Both the position numbers and the translations under genes were made by a program. The notes below the pieces were generated by a model. That model searched no databases. It saw nothing but the letters and a program-made list of their open reading frames with translations, and was not told where the DNA came from. From a virus, in the IMG/VR virus record IMGVR_UViG_3300025645_000002, positions 6,742 through 70,741 of that record: 64,000 bases of DNA; one strand, written 5' to 3'. Shown in pieces: positions 29,001-38,195 of this stretch; within the stretch, counting starts at the first letter, position 1; each line of letters starts with the position of its first letter.

Positions 29001-32000
29001 CAGCATCAAACAAGGCTCCGCCTGTCGTGACCATATCCTGTGCCTCGCCAATGACGGCGCTGTGCTTGCTCTTCTCAACTGAGATGTCCAGCGACTGTGC
29101 AATTGCGAGCCAAAGACCTTTGACGTGAGTTTCGTTGCGCAAATCGAGCGTCGAGCGTGTCTGTGAAATAGCTTCACGCGCAATCTTGTCACCCTGCGGT
29201 GTCACTGCCCCCTGCTGCTGTAACCGGTTCACTGAAGACAGGCGCCAGGCAAAGTAAATAGGCACACTGCTGAAGGTCCCACCAGTAGCCTGAGCAGTTT
29301 TATCCGCGGCTTGCGAATACTCTGCGACACCAGACAATCCCTGTTGCAGAGAGATATTTTTACCCTCAATGGAGCTCAGATCTTCCTTGTTGGTTACGGC
29401 GCGCACATCGTCTGTGACATCAACGTACCCAAGGATGTTTAGATATTCTGCATCACCTAGCGCTTCTATTAGATCAACCAGACCCCCGTTTATGAACGCC
29501 GGAGTATTCTGTAGCTTGTTAATAACCCGTGCTGCCTTCTTAGAGATCGGGGCCAAACGGTTCTTGATTTGGTTTGGGTTGATCTGCTTTGGGGCCGTAC
29601 CAACGTACATCACATTGTCAAAACCTGCTGTCAGTGTTGCAGTGAACGGTTTTGTCAGGCTCTGTACTTTAGCAAAGTCTGCGTCCTTCTGTACGTCCTC
29701 AGACATAGATAGGCTGATCATCGTCTTCGGCGCCGCTTTACCGCCTATGTCGGTCGTGGAGAAGCGGATGCTGTTTTGGCTCAACGATCCGTTATCAATC
29801 AAGACTTCCAACGCACTGCTTGCCATTGCACGGAATAGACCCTGTGTCTCTGTGATCTCTGCTGTTGGGTCAGCCTCGATGCCCAACAGATCTTCCATGG
29901 TTTTCGCCATATCCTCGATGGCTGTCTGAAGTGGGATACCTGTTGTGGCAAACGTCCGCATCTCTGCTGTGACTTGACCATTCCGCCCCATACCAAACAT
30001 TTTCGAGACATACTCGTCATCGATCCGTGGCAGGCCACGCTTTGCTTGCCCAACAATCCAGTCCATGGCGGCCATATAGGCTGCCTGAGCAACCATTGGA
30101 TCCAACTCAAAGCTGGTGCCGGTGTCTGTTGTGATCGCGTTCAGCGGCAGTGCGTTGCGGTATCCAAGGATCTTCGCAATCTTTCCGCCTCGCAGTTCGT
30201 CTCCCCATCCTTTGGAGTCGATCAGTACATTCATTGCTTTATTCAAAAGCCCGGTGAATTCCCCGGCGCCATTTGCAATCGAAATCAGTGCCGCTTGCTC
30301 ATCGATTGTCAGTTCACGATCCAACGCTTCGACACGGATCTCTCCGCTACGAATAGCCTCGGCCAGCGCTTCCTGAGAGCCCTCATACTTCCCCAGCGTT
30401 GACTTACCTTCCTTGTGACGGAATGCATTTGCCAGCACATTGCGGCCTTCCGCCGACTTCATGTTCAACTTTGCTTTGAGGTTTTCGAACCAAGTGCCCT
30501 CTACGGGTGCCGCTGGTTCTTCAACAAACTCCTCTAGTGAAGCTCGATCGACATCGGCTCCATCTGCAGAAACACTATCTTCTCCAACGCTGGAAACAAC
30601 GGACTCTCCCGACTCACGCGTCCCCCCTTGAATATCAGGTTCCTGAGTTGATCCCGTTCCCACTTCGAGATCTGCTTCGATCTCCGCAGCATCTTGAGCG
30701 ACTTCTGCGTCGACGGGTACTCCTCGTGCTTCCACAGCTTCTTCGATTTCTCTTTCTTGCTGGACCTCTGGCTCACGAATAGTCTCCTCGGTTGTGTCGA
30801 TTTCTTCGATCACATCGACATCTTCCTCCACAACAGGCTGCGCCTCTTGCGTCGTCGCTGTCTCGCTCTCTGGGTTGGTTGGGGTTGGTGTGGTTTGGTT
30901 TCCAGTCAAACCCAATTTCTCTGCAACAAGTTTTGTTGGGAGTGTCAGACCATACGCCTCGGCCAAAGCCTCTACCAAAGCCACGGCTGTGTTTGCGTCC
31001 ACCTCAACTTCACGCGCTTGAGCGATCGATCGTGGATTTGCCTCGTCTACCCAGACGCCTTTTTGGTCAAAGAAACCGCTGCCGTTATAGGCCCGGTATC
31101 CTTTTTTGCTTTTGCTTCCGCCACCTTCGGCTTTGCTTGCAGCCAGTGCCTTCAGTTTGTTGACTTGGCTCTCTGCAAAGCTGCTGAGTTCTGTCAGTGC
31201 ATCCTGTGCCCGTTCCACGTGACCGCTGCTTGCTGCGTCGGACACTCTCCGGCGGTGCTGCAACAGGGATGGGAGGTTATTCGTCTTGTTGCCTGTCAGG
31301 TTCACTTCATCGCGTACGATGTCGTATGTGCCGTGAGGGCGTGCCCGTGCAGTCTTCTTCTGCTCAGGTGTCAGGTTCTCAATGGCTTTCGCCTGATCAG
31401 CGACCAGTTCCGCTTTGAGTGTATCAGCACGCTGAAACTCCTCGGCGACTGTCTTTGCCAACTGCAACTTCTTCTTCAGGCCCTCGGCTTGCTTGCCTCC
31501 ACCAACTTGGTTCAGAACCAATCCAATAAGCTCTGCGCCTACTGCATCCGGGTTAATGCGCGCAATCAGCTCTAGCCGTCCTGCTTCTTCAAGCCGGTCT
31601 TCTATGGATGCATCTTTGTTCTTAATCAGATCCAAATCAATGATACCGGCCACTGTTTCTGGCGTGTATCCACGGATCTCGGCCTCGGCTTTCGCGATAG
31701 CTGGGCTGCTGTTAACCGTTTTGATCTGCTCTTCCAAACGGGCAAATTCTTCTTTGGTCTGAACATTTAGAGGATCGCTTGAATTCAGCTTGTTGATCTC
31801 GGCCCTGACGTCATCCGAATCTACAGCACTCATTTCTTCTCTCAGTTCCATGAACGAGAATGCTGCGATTTGACGCTGTTCCTGTGTTTCGTTTTTATCA
31901 TCAAGCACAGCGGCAAATTGGTTCACAACATCCAACCGGCTCAAAGGCACGTCAGGGTTTGTTGCTTTCTTCTCTGCGAGGGTAGGGAACTTTTCAGCGA

Positions 32001-33645
32001 ATGCCACTTCTTCGTCTGGTGACAGTAAAGAAGCAGATTTTACGCGCTCCCCAACAACTTGCGCTTCTGCGCTTTGCTCTGGTGTGGTTAGATTTGACAC
32101 CACTGCACTCGCTGCGGCCGAGATATTCGTTGCGGCTGTCTCTTGTGCAACAGACCCTGTCACAGACGTTTCATCTGCCTTCTTCTCTAGGGAATCCATG
32201 CGTGCTGTGGCTGCTGCGGATACACCACCAGCTGCAGCAAGGGCGACAGCCCCGGCTGCGGCGGGGGTTTGCATTGCGCCAGATGTCATTGCGCCGCCAA
32301 GAGCACCCAATGCCGCATTACCACCAACACCTTCAATCGGATCGATGTCTAAGCCTGCGCCAATATTCTGACCCAGATTGGATGCAAGCTGTGTATTCGC
32401 TTCCTGTAGAGTTTCTTCAACAGTCTCGCCGACCACATTGCCTGCAACTGAACCAAGGCCACGTGAGGCACCGCCCAGAGGATTGACTGTGAAGCTCTTG
32501 GAGAGGTTACCTGCGAGGAATGCACCGGGCATGGACAAGAGACCTGCCGTCGTACCTGCTTGGCTCGCCAGGGCACGCTGTGCGTCCTCATGGCTATCAC
32601 CGCTGTCCCGCAACGCCACATAGTCGCTGCTCTCACCCAACTCGGCCTCAGACATGCCCATGATCGCCTGCTGGGCCTGATTAATGCCTGCGCCACCTTC
32701 AGACAGGGTGGCCAGAACCGGTACAGCACTCTCGGCACTCTCCGTCATCATCTTGCGGCCAGCGGGCGTAGACAGGAATGTTTTTGCTGCTGCGGGGGTC
32801 ATACCCCTCGATGTGAGTTCTGCCGTTGCGCGCGCTGCGCCAATACCGCGTGCTGCCAAGCTAATAGGCAAGAGGGAACCAACAGCATTGGCTGCCAAGT
32901 TCGTCATTGCCTGTGGGTTTGTTGCCGCATTTGCACCGACATCTTTGAAGTCTTCGATGATGTTTGTGGCTCCGGGAACGAAGGTCCTCTCGAAGAACCC
33001 GGCATCTTCGGACATCCCGGCCACTGTGGCTGCACGTTCTCTGGCGTTGTCTCCCTGTAGGATCTCCGCCTCGATACCCTGTTGGCTTTCACCCTCTTGC
33101 GCCACTGTGCTTTTCGCGCCTTGCAGCGCATTGGTGAGAAAGCCTGTCGCTTCTGACACATACGGCGCCAGTTGTGTTTTGTCTTCTGTGCCTAGGATCT
33201 GGTGACGTAGCGCATCATACCCATCAATCGCCCCTGCAACGGCTGCCCCTGCACCCCCAAGAAGGTTGGTCGTGCCCTGCGCAACACCGAGACTTAGGTC
33301 GCCTGCAATCTGTGTCCCTGTGCGTCCACGGTTCTTGTCTTCACGCAGTTCCCGATCAGCTTGGGCAAACCGATACCGGTTCTGTTCCGCCTCGACACCA
33401 TACTTTGCCGCAAAGGCAATTGGCTCCAGCGTGCGCATATCAACAAGTTCTTGGCTGCGACTCAACTCGGAATCGACGATGACGTTGGAAGCAATCTGTC
33501 GCTGCTCTTCACGGGAACCAAAGATGGCTTGCTTCATCAAGGTGGACATTTCCACCATCTGTGCCTTCTGCTCCGTAGGGCTGGGGACATCGACGTTGTC
33601 CAGTTGTCCAATAGTAGCAAGCTCAGAAAAGTTGAATTCGGCCAT
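23077..33645 (-). CDS. Virion-encapsidated RNA polymerase (N4 gp50-like)
   Basis: 3522 aa; LEADGKTDGP, KRGLVKNPLTVFLYGSG and VFDG motifs. Confidence 0.95.
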   Translation of the reverse strand: MAEFNFSELATIGQLDNVDVPSPTEQKAQMVEMSTLMKQAIFGSREEQRQIASNVIVDSELSRSQELVDMRTLEPIAFAAKYGVEAEQNRYRFAQADRELREDKNRGRTGTQIAGDLSLGVAQGTTNLLGGAGAAVAGAIDGYDALRHQILGTEDKTQLAPYVSEATGFLTNALQGAKSTVAQEGESQQGIEAEILQGDNARERAATVAGMSEDAGFFERTFVPGATNIIEDFKDVGANAATNPQAMTNLAANAVGSLLPISLAARGIGAARATAELTSRGMTPAAAKTFLSTPAGRKMMTESAESAVPVLATLSEGGAGINQAQQAIMGMSEAELGESSDYVALRDSGDSHEDAQRALASQAGTTAGLLSMPGAFLAGNLSKSFTVNPLGGASRGLGSVAGNVVGETVEETLQEANTQLASNLGQNIGAGLDIDPIEGVGGNAALGALGGAMTSGAMQTPAAAGAVALAAAGGVSAAATARMDSLEKKADETSVTGSVAQETAATNISAAASAVVSNLTTPEQSAEAQVVGERVKSASLLSPDEEVAFAEKFPTLAEKKATNPDVPLSRLDVVNQFAAVLDDKNETQEQRQIAAFSFMELREEMSAVDSDDVRAEINKLNSSDPLNVQTKEEFARLEEQIKTVNSSPAIAKAEAEIRGYTPETVAGIIDLDLIKNKDASIEDRLEEAGRLELIARINPDAVGAELIGLVLNQVGGGKQAEGLKKKLQLAKTVAEEFQRADTLKAELVADQAKAIENLTPEQKKTARARPHGTYDIVRDEVNLTGNKTNNLPSLLQHRRRVSDAASSGHVERAQDALTELSSFAESQVNKLKALAASKAEGGGSKSKKGYRAYNGSGFFDQKGVWVDEANPRSIAQAREVEVDANTAVALVEALAEAYGLTLPTKLVAEKLGLTGNQTTPTPTNPESETATTQEAQPVVEEDVDVIEEIDTTEETIREPEVQQEREIEEAVEARGVPVDAEVAQDAAEIEADLEVGTGSTQEPDIQGGTRESGESVVSSVGEDSVSADGADVDRASLEEFVEEPAAPVEGTWFENLKAKLNMKSAEGRNVLANAFRHKEGKSTLGKYEGSQEALAEAIRSGEIRVEALDRELTIDEQAALISIANGAGEFTGLLNKAMNVLIDSKGWGDELRGGKIAKILGYRNALPLNAITTDTGTSFELDPMVAQAAYMAAMDWIVGQAKRGLPRIDDEYVSKMFGMGRNGQVTAEMRTFATTGIPLQTAIEDMAKTMEDLLGIEADPTAEITETQGLFRAMASSALEVLIDNGSLSQNSIRFSTTDIGGKAAPKTMISLSMSEDVQKDADFAKVQSLTKPFTATLTAGFDNVMYVGTAPKQINPNQIKNRLAPISKKAARVINKLQNTPAFINGGLVDLIEALGDAEYLNILGYVDVTDDVRAVTNKEDLSSIEGKNISLQQGLSGVAEYSQAADKTAQATGGTFSSVPIYFAWRLSSVNRLQQQGAVTPQGDKIAREAISQTRSTLDLRNETHVKGLWLAIAQSLDISVEKSKHSAVIGEAQDMVTTGGALFDAVVVLENWLETGELRQGDLAAAIAKGGVEPTAKLVHALMTVAELNQEQGSEFITHLALEADGKTDGPVNAMVNMATGLFTAMDVVRFAKGGLFFTDQPTSLSDYIEQEVGVTGNEDNRAQDLYHLAAADLEDSLTSDPAELEKNMSLMRVFDAFLPDFELTGIEGDPIRIKRGLVKNPLTVFLYGSGEKGIADKLTNAIVKEIYKTMSEIAKGKADGSLPKGWMSHPTFQKNQDLMADLAALFGDIEDVRELQKVFADPVNASMNAASFLTASTRIQENFAEPMMQSVNRATGGLRTNMQLIQGAASIQTLIFKELFRQNQEGMLTGEAGTIPSEVDLEESFIEMMGFAPIYESPDASFHIAKPERDRLDKVASESFSGKLAAKLTGVQPADASVKVSPYMTIGLGDGQMMLNIYDQIEADMTATLAVFDGVEMAIDRIEDQAPAINKAVWDAWMQSNMYQGVSEGFTAMLTRLTPEMWNSLSADTKKEIGRAMGLEKGKLPAYADLQSVVDVLNQKAKEQAARKKAMSEMAAQVDHMAGAEKPHSTEGRTIAGASPLDAAAIAAELNKTVEAEMAKEETQEDGYLDPVDPVFTEALNEIGEPVSGSHPGVRRVSGKTLTKALGKMKTSLSGSKRKILGEFFWKDPAIAGTQYYFGTEAELNAFRADAYPDLGNDPIKAGVTYLGEGIAFVTNQTPETFLHEMMHTKTASVVSEFYKDPENAPEQVTLGMNNLTGLMAEVRGMNAVNAGLATLQEVLNDYEGQPTEQMLEFVAYILTNQGLSDWSAGMTSYQRFSRVVKQSLAALKRILGLSNSDVPTKDIFDQVRFNTKVILMDAAETTSSADLVMNQSGNQSEAAKRVWHINQRYQRRGRQFLEARRKAIKTGANESTAAQREQIKRDTAKLLLDGRKGAERAVAAGFKMSVAQQRAFRSVHSFMSSAVELNPALLRQLHALHDEVLSKITPEIMVNAGAIDEDTAKAQIAYLQSGRDTELMVKFLALSESSPLFREALAGMEVTPSAKFEYSSFDTAIESAGSFAMSALARLSFKDIGRQGSAGRILDALSQGISALDSETRLDKASGALSKQIDKANAAVAGYVDTKSTQASRFTRGRANATDNKTKKLAFNTMSFIAAMGSKTESEARGDTMTTFLNSIEGWNTVRATLHDLRGGNTSNMNLLRLINPVKAKIDALRQDFRENTPETLAKAFSRKLEGKEWAGIHKAIGTTGLSILGLVESKALLANPATVDQRIADTLEGLQGLAPNFVSRYADKAKALARFRVTDELTSTHLLRNAYAIAHLGGEKGRPDPATVSQATIDQVDRLVALYAYQMTDAASKKAMADLMAKESAGMDAVIGLTASVRALELEKTLSADPEKRAIATHNALHGYVPNATQPNSKVVVEFDSNQQELEMQGWVRIGDYNGSRDEDVRERRGYYQSTTAGKATFKQGIAQTVHTTYSGVSVLTGALSSDTVAGTLKGVRAGRIGERMARAQPGSLDNLAPGEYMMPIFDQDWNVVGYDRHMDPAKTRGLQKDTHMGRMLGVWAGRLLEEEAAHEFNEVLVDGVMENYKEGLAKGRGAEYVNIADPKIKDKIYKDAWATMGAGIKEYAEEIFESPDTFYVRKDLIEDVVGYRAPSITDVWTGQSRLDPKAQKVVKDLVTLIGGKRAYPWLKKGEMFAQDAVGVAKTTIIVRSAVVGTANIVSNVLHLTLRGVPVNTIATSGREKILEIQEYVRNKEKISELQISYAARIEDTDAGNKIKARIASLEAANKRMSIAPLIEAGEFSTISEDLTEADVAVREGRLMDYIEKAVDRLPESAGTVARNIAITKDTAIFKGLNRMVQYGDFVAKAVLYDHLIAQGKDQREVLDIIMEEFVQYNRLPGRGRDYLESMGMVWFMNYALRIMKVSANMMRERPLSSLVMMGQVGPAAGVDSVMSGSLFGKYMDDSLPFSFGPEMGLNSPQLHPFHAITDNLLPW

Positions 33646-33748
33646 GAAAAACCCATCTCCTAGAAATGTAAAAGGGCAGGGGGTCTACCCCTGCCCAGTA
33701 TCACCGATAAGCTGGTGTGACGCTACACCCAATCACACCACGGCAATT

Positions 33749-35347
33749 CTACCTAGAGAGTACCCCGTTGGAAAAGAGGAGTTCTTTCTGTTCCGGAGTC
33801 ATCCCTGAAAACTCTTGTTTCTGACTTACGCTCATATCTTCTAACCGAATACCATTACTCTGCGGAGTAAGGCTGCTCTTGAACATACGATCCATAATCT
33901 CGCTGACAGGCGTCTCCAGTCCAACGCTTTCCCCTAAGCTCCCAACCCCATTAAGGCGGTTATTGCTGCTCATGTCACGGAACAGCTGATCAAGGTTTGC
34001 CCCAGAATTTGCTTCCCCTGCGCCTGCTTCCTGGGCGTCATATCCCAGAGATTTCTGCACATCCGCAATCAACTGATCCGCTGCTGCTTGCGCTTCTGCG
34101 TCAGTTCCGCCGGCCTCTTTGGTCTTTGCTTGGACCATCGTCCGTAGGGCTTCCAGATCTTTCAAGGCTGAATCGACCTGTCCTTGGTTGCCGCGGCTAC
34201 TGGCCAACTCGAACTTCTCGATGACGCTGTCGAAGCTTTCACGAACTTCACGGTTCTCACCAATCCGCCGCTCGATCCCAACGCGCTCTTGCTCAAGCTG
34301 CGCAATCTGCTCGGGTGTGTTCACCGCATCCAGCATGGCACGGATGCCACCCATTGCAGGCTTCAATCCGTTATCTCCGAGCCAACCAAGACCTGTGTTT
34401 TGTAGGTTGTTCTCGATAGCTGTGGCAATCATGCTTGCAGGGAGGTTCGGGTACTCTTTGGCAATGTTTTCGTAAACTCCTGCCAATTGGCCGGATGACC
34501 GTGCAATCATTCCTTCGGAGTCTTCTTCGTTTGGATCGATCCGTGAGTTCAATCGGTCGATCATACCCAGCATCGGATTCTCAAAACCGTCAGCCGCTTT
34601 GACTGAGGCCGCATAGAACGACAGGCCTGGATTTGTAGATTGCTCCAGTGTCAGTCCTGAATCCAGTGCACTGAGGCTATCGCCCACAAGACCAAACTGC
34701 TCATTCAACAGGGCCGTTCCGGTGAAGTTCTCGTCTGCTGTCCATTGGTTTGCAGGCACTTCCTCCAACGCATCCAACAACAGCTTCTGCTGCGTCGGAT
34801 CTTCAACACTCGCTGTGATCCGGCGTTCTGCTTCTTCGCGCGAGAAGGTCTCGTCTGCAATCCCTTGCGAGATCCCAAGAGCTTCAAGACGCGCTGCTTT
34901 AGCTGCTTCGCTTTCTTCCAGAGTTTCGTCTGCACGCTGATCTTCTAGCTTGGCCCGATCAAAATCATACTGATCGCGGTTGAGGCTGAAAGCACTGTTT
35001 GCTGCTGAACGCTCGGCTGCCAGTGCCGCTGCTTCTTCTGCGCGTAGATCTTTCCCACGTCCCATAACGAAGTCCATGAGCTCGCCTGTGGCCTGCTCAG
35101 GGCGGATACCCAATGCACCAATACCTTGTGTCTGCATCGCCGTATCCCAGCTTGCAGCGTCGCCAAAGCCCAATGCTGCGTCGAGAGCCTCTTTACTGGC
35201 ATCTCTCCGCTGTCGCCCTGCGACGTCTTTCATCGTTCCGCCAAACTGACTTGCCGCGCTTGCGAAAAGTTCTCCGGCTTGCCCTACGCCAGCAATCGCT
35301 GCTCGGGCATCTGGTGCGGCAACATTCTGCCAAGTGATACGTGCCAT
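33749..35347 (-). CDS. Virion/ejection protein (gp51-like)
   Basis: MARITWQNVAAPD N-terminus; synteny. Confidence 0.7.
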   Translation of the reverse strand: MARITWQNVAAPDARAAIAGVGQAGELFASAASQFGGTMKDVAGRQRRDASKEALDAALGFGDAASWDTAMQTQGIGALGIRPEQATGELMDFVMGRGKDLRAEEAAALAAERSAANSAFSLNRDQYDFDRAKLEDQRADETLEESEAAKAARLEALGISQGIADETFSREEAERRITASVEDPTQQKLLLDALEEVPANQWTADENFTGTALLNEQFGLVGDSLSALDSGLTLEQSTNPGLSFYAASVKAADGFENPMLGMIDRLNSRIDPNEEDSEGMIARSSGQLAGVYENIAKEYPNLPASMIATAIENNLQNTGLGWLGDNGLKPAMGGIRAMLDAVNTPEQIAQLEQERVGIERRIGENREVRESFDSVIEKFELASSRGNQGQVDSALKDLEALRTMVQAKTKEAGGTDAEAQAAADQLIADVQKSLGYDAQEAGAGEANSGANLDQLFRDMSSNNRLNGVGSLGESVGLETPVSEIMDRMFKSSLTPQSNGIRLEDMSVSQKQEFSGMTPEQKELLFSNGVLSR

Positions 35348-35356
35348 GATCTACCT

Positions 35357-35887
35357 CTAAATTGAGTTTTCTTTTGTGTAGTCAGCGGCATAGCCAGAGT
35401 CGCCGTATTGCGCCCCACGCGCCGTAGCGCGGTCAGCCACTGACGTATTGTAGCTCTGTTTTTGGTTCGCCAAGTTCTCTTTGTACGCGGACTTCTGCAT
35501 GTTCAGGGAATCTCGTGCGATGCGGTTTGATTGGATACCACTCCAAAGCGTACCCAATGAGCCAAGCGTTTCTGCAAAGGAGCCAATGTTCTCCATGTTG
35601 AAACCGCCACCTTCGTTCATGAAGGTGTTAGATAGGGTGCCCATCAAGCCACCTTGTCCGCCAGCTCCAGGGGTAACAGCGCTGCCTGGTAGACCTGTCG
35701 CGTTCATGCCCTGCGCTTGCGTGACGGCATTATTCATCACACTTACAGGGGAGGGGGCACTGATCTGGGGCAGGGCCATCGGCTGCGGCATGCCTGGTAT
35801 AGTAGAGCCAAAGCCTAGATTTGGTTGGCCTGACGGCATACCGAAGTTTCCGAGACTGGCTCCGTAGCTGAGATCTTGATATGGCAT
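35357..35887 (-). CDS. Virion/ejection protein (gp52-like)
   Basis: NLANQKQSYNT..DR motif; synteny. Confidence 0.7.
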   Translation of the reverse strand: MPYQDLSYGASLGNFGMPSGQPNLGFGSTIPGMPQPMALPQISAPSPVSVMNNAVTQAQGMNATGLPGSAVTPGAGGQGGLMGTLSNTFMNEGGGFNMENIGSFAETLGSLGTLWSGIQSNRIARDSLNMQKSAYKENLANQKQSYNTSVADRATARGAQYGDSGYAADYTKENSI

Positions 35888-35929
35888 CTGTAAAGTCCTC
35901 GTGTGGTCGCTTTTGATTTGCGTGTTGGG

Positions 35930-38194
35930 TTAGGTACTGGCCAGCGGTAGTGTGAGGTTTATCTCAGCAAAATCGTAGACCAGAGTCCGGGTTAATTCGG
36001 CGATATCTGAGCCGGTCATTAACGTCCGTTTGAAGAAACCTTCTGAAGGTTCTTGGAAATATTCATCTTCGTTAAGGAACATCATACCGTCAATTCCTGG
36101 TCCTGTCATTCCAAGTACACGTCGGGACAATTCCTCCATCTCTTTCATCTCTTCACCGTACTCTTCGGCGGCCGCTCTGGAGGCTTCCATTATCTCAAGC
36201 GTGTCAGCATTGAGGAATGCATTGTACCCTTGGCTCACCGAGCTTGTCAGCTTTATCAGGTTCTCTGCTTTGGCGAGCTGTGACCAATCTACCTCGAACG
36301 TGCCTGTCTGGGCGTACGCTGAGGAATAGGACATCACGACAACCATGGTCGCAATCGCAATCACCTGTCCCCACTTGTCTCCAAAAATCGCAACAGAGGC
36401 TGTTGAGATAAGTTGGCCGATGATCATTCCTGCGAGCGCATTCACAACAGCCCCAGCAACAGCGGCCGCCGCACCAGCACCAAGGCCCAGCATCGCGCCT
36501 ACCGCGGCATTCGTACCTAGAATTCCTCCTGCAGCCGCAAGAGATCCGCCTGCCGTCACAACTGACAGCGCGATCGATGCAATCACCAAGAGCACTTTGA
36601 ATGCGCCTGTCTGATACCACTTCTGTCTGACGATCTCGTAGCTGTTGATGACCATGTACATGTTGCATGTCGCAAGCTGTGCCTGCTTTGTCATGCTCAT
36701 GGACTTCATGGTCGGGTAGTGCAGGGGGACAATAAAGCCAGACTCTTCCGAGTCTTCCATTGCGTCTCCGGCATTGATTGTCACAGACTTGCTGCCATAG
36801 ACTTTGTTGACGTGAACCAAGCCTCTAATGCGGAGGAGTTTGTAGCTCTGCTTTGTTATCTGGCGCGCGATGTGCAGTGTCTTGTCGTTGCCCTGTGAGG
36901 TCTCTATATAGCCTTGGCCTGTATATGTGTTCGAGTACCAAGTGACTGTCTCACCGACGCGCACATACCCGTTCACGCCATTGTTTGCCCCGGCATTCCC
37001 CAGAACCGTCGTCTCGTCGATCTCGGCCCAAGACACACGCATGTCGTAGGAGTCCAATCCCGGCATCCGCAGATTAAACGAATTCGTGTCAGGCGCCGAT
37101 GCGCCAATATTGTCTGGTGCCGCTGTCCCAAACAACGGACTCAATGAGCCCTCTGTATGCGCGTTCTTCCATACATCCAGTACAGCGTCTGCAGCCAGTG
37201 CATTTGTTGCTTGGCTCTGAACCGTACTCAGGTCAACGAACTCTTGGTTTTCCAGCATCAGTTCAAAGAACTTATAGAGATATTCTTTCCCTGCTTTGTC
37301 CTTCGTATTCAGAGATACCCCGAATGTGACAAACGCATAATCCATGTCGTCAACATTTTCATGCTCTTCGATCTGTTCCAGAAGCGTGCTGATCTTCCCA
37401 CCCCGGGTGATCTTCTTGTACGCTTTCGTGACATTCTCCACATAATCTTTTGTCGATAACGACTGGTTCTTTATCCGGATCGGGAGCGACGGGAAGAATT
37501 GGCCAAGGTACTCGGCTTCAGTCGGGGTCACTGCGTCATAGGTCGCGTTCCCTGTACCTAACCGATACGAAAACAACCTCGCCTGATCGATCTGGAGGAT
37601 CTTGCTATCCTCATCCACAACCATAATCTGATAATTCACAAACAGTAGACGTCTGCTTGGGGCACCGAGACCCCATAGGAAATCGGCCGGCGCCGGGAAC
37701 GACTCTTCATCCCCAGGCGCAAATACGACTGTAATGGTCTGAGCCACGCTATCATAGCGAGACAGCCATGGGTCATCCAGAGCCAAGGGACGATTATTGG
37801 TGATGTATTCCTCTGCCCAGTAGGCCTCATCTACAAAGTCGATGACGGCGCTGTTTATCTGGAGGGAGTGATAATCTTCTTGGAGGAGGGTGCTCTCAAG
37901 CTCTGCACGTATGAGCGAGGCATCCACAGACTTCTCAACAGCGATGTGTCCCGTCGGGATACCAAGATCGTAGTTATCCACGGCCCATATGAAAAACCGT
38001 TTCTGTGCCATCGCTGAGGAGTTCAAAAGTGCAGTGCGAAAGATCTCTCCCAACTCTCCCCCAGATCCTGAACGGCCTGTGACAGCCGACAAGACCATAT
38101 TGGGGACAACCTTGAATCTATCGTTGTACTCCCCAGCCATATTCCAGGCTGAGGAGGAAACGTAGGTGGTCGACGATCCTGAGAAAAGGCCCAA
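35930..38194 (-). CDS. N4 gp53-like protein
   Basis: MGLFSG N-terminus, KWYQTG followed by hydrophobic segments; synteny. Confidence 0.72.
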   Translation of the reverse strand: MGLFSGSSTTYVSSSAWNMAGEYNDRFKVVPNMVLSAVTGRSGSGGELGEIFRTALLNSSAMAQKRFFIWAVDNYDLGIPTGHIAVEKSVDASLIRAELESTLLQEDYHSLQINSAVIDFVDEAYWAEEYITNNRPLALDDPWLSRYDSVAQTITVVFAPGDEESFPAPADFLWGLGAPSRRLLFVNYQIMVVDEDSKILQIDQARLFSYRLGTGNATYDAVTPTEAEYLGQFFPSLPIRIKNQSLSTKDYVENVTKAYKKITRGGKISTLLEQIEEHENVDDMDYAFVTFGVSLNTKDKAGKEYLYKFFELMLENQEFVDLSTVQSQATNALAADAVLDVWKNAHTEGSLSPLFGTAAPDNIGASAPDTNSFNLRMPGLDSYDMRVSWAEIDETTVLGNAGANNGVNGYVRVGETVTWYSNTYTGQGYIETSQGNDKTLHIARQITKQSYKLLRIRGLVHVNKVYGSKSVTINAGDAMEDSEESGFIVPLHYPTMKSMSMTKQAQLATCNMYMVINSYEIVRQKWYQTGAFKVLLVIASIALSVVTAGGSLAAAGGILGTNAAVGAMLGLGAGAAAAVAGAVVNALAGMIIGQLISTASVAIFGDKWGQVIAIATMVVVMSYSSAYAQTGTFEVDWSQLAKAENLIKLTSSVSQGYNAFLNADTLEIMEASRAAAEEYGEEMKEMEELSRRVLGMTGPGIDGMMFLNEDEYFQEPSEGFFKRTLMTGSDIAELTRTLVYDFAEINLTLPLAST

Positions 38195-38195
38195 G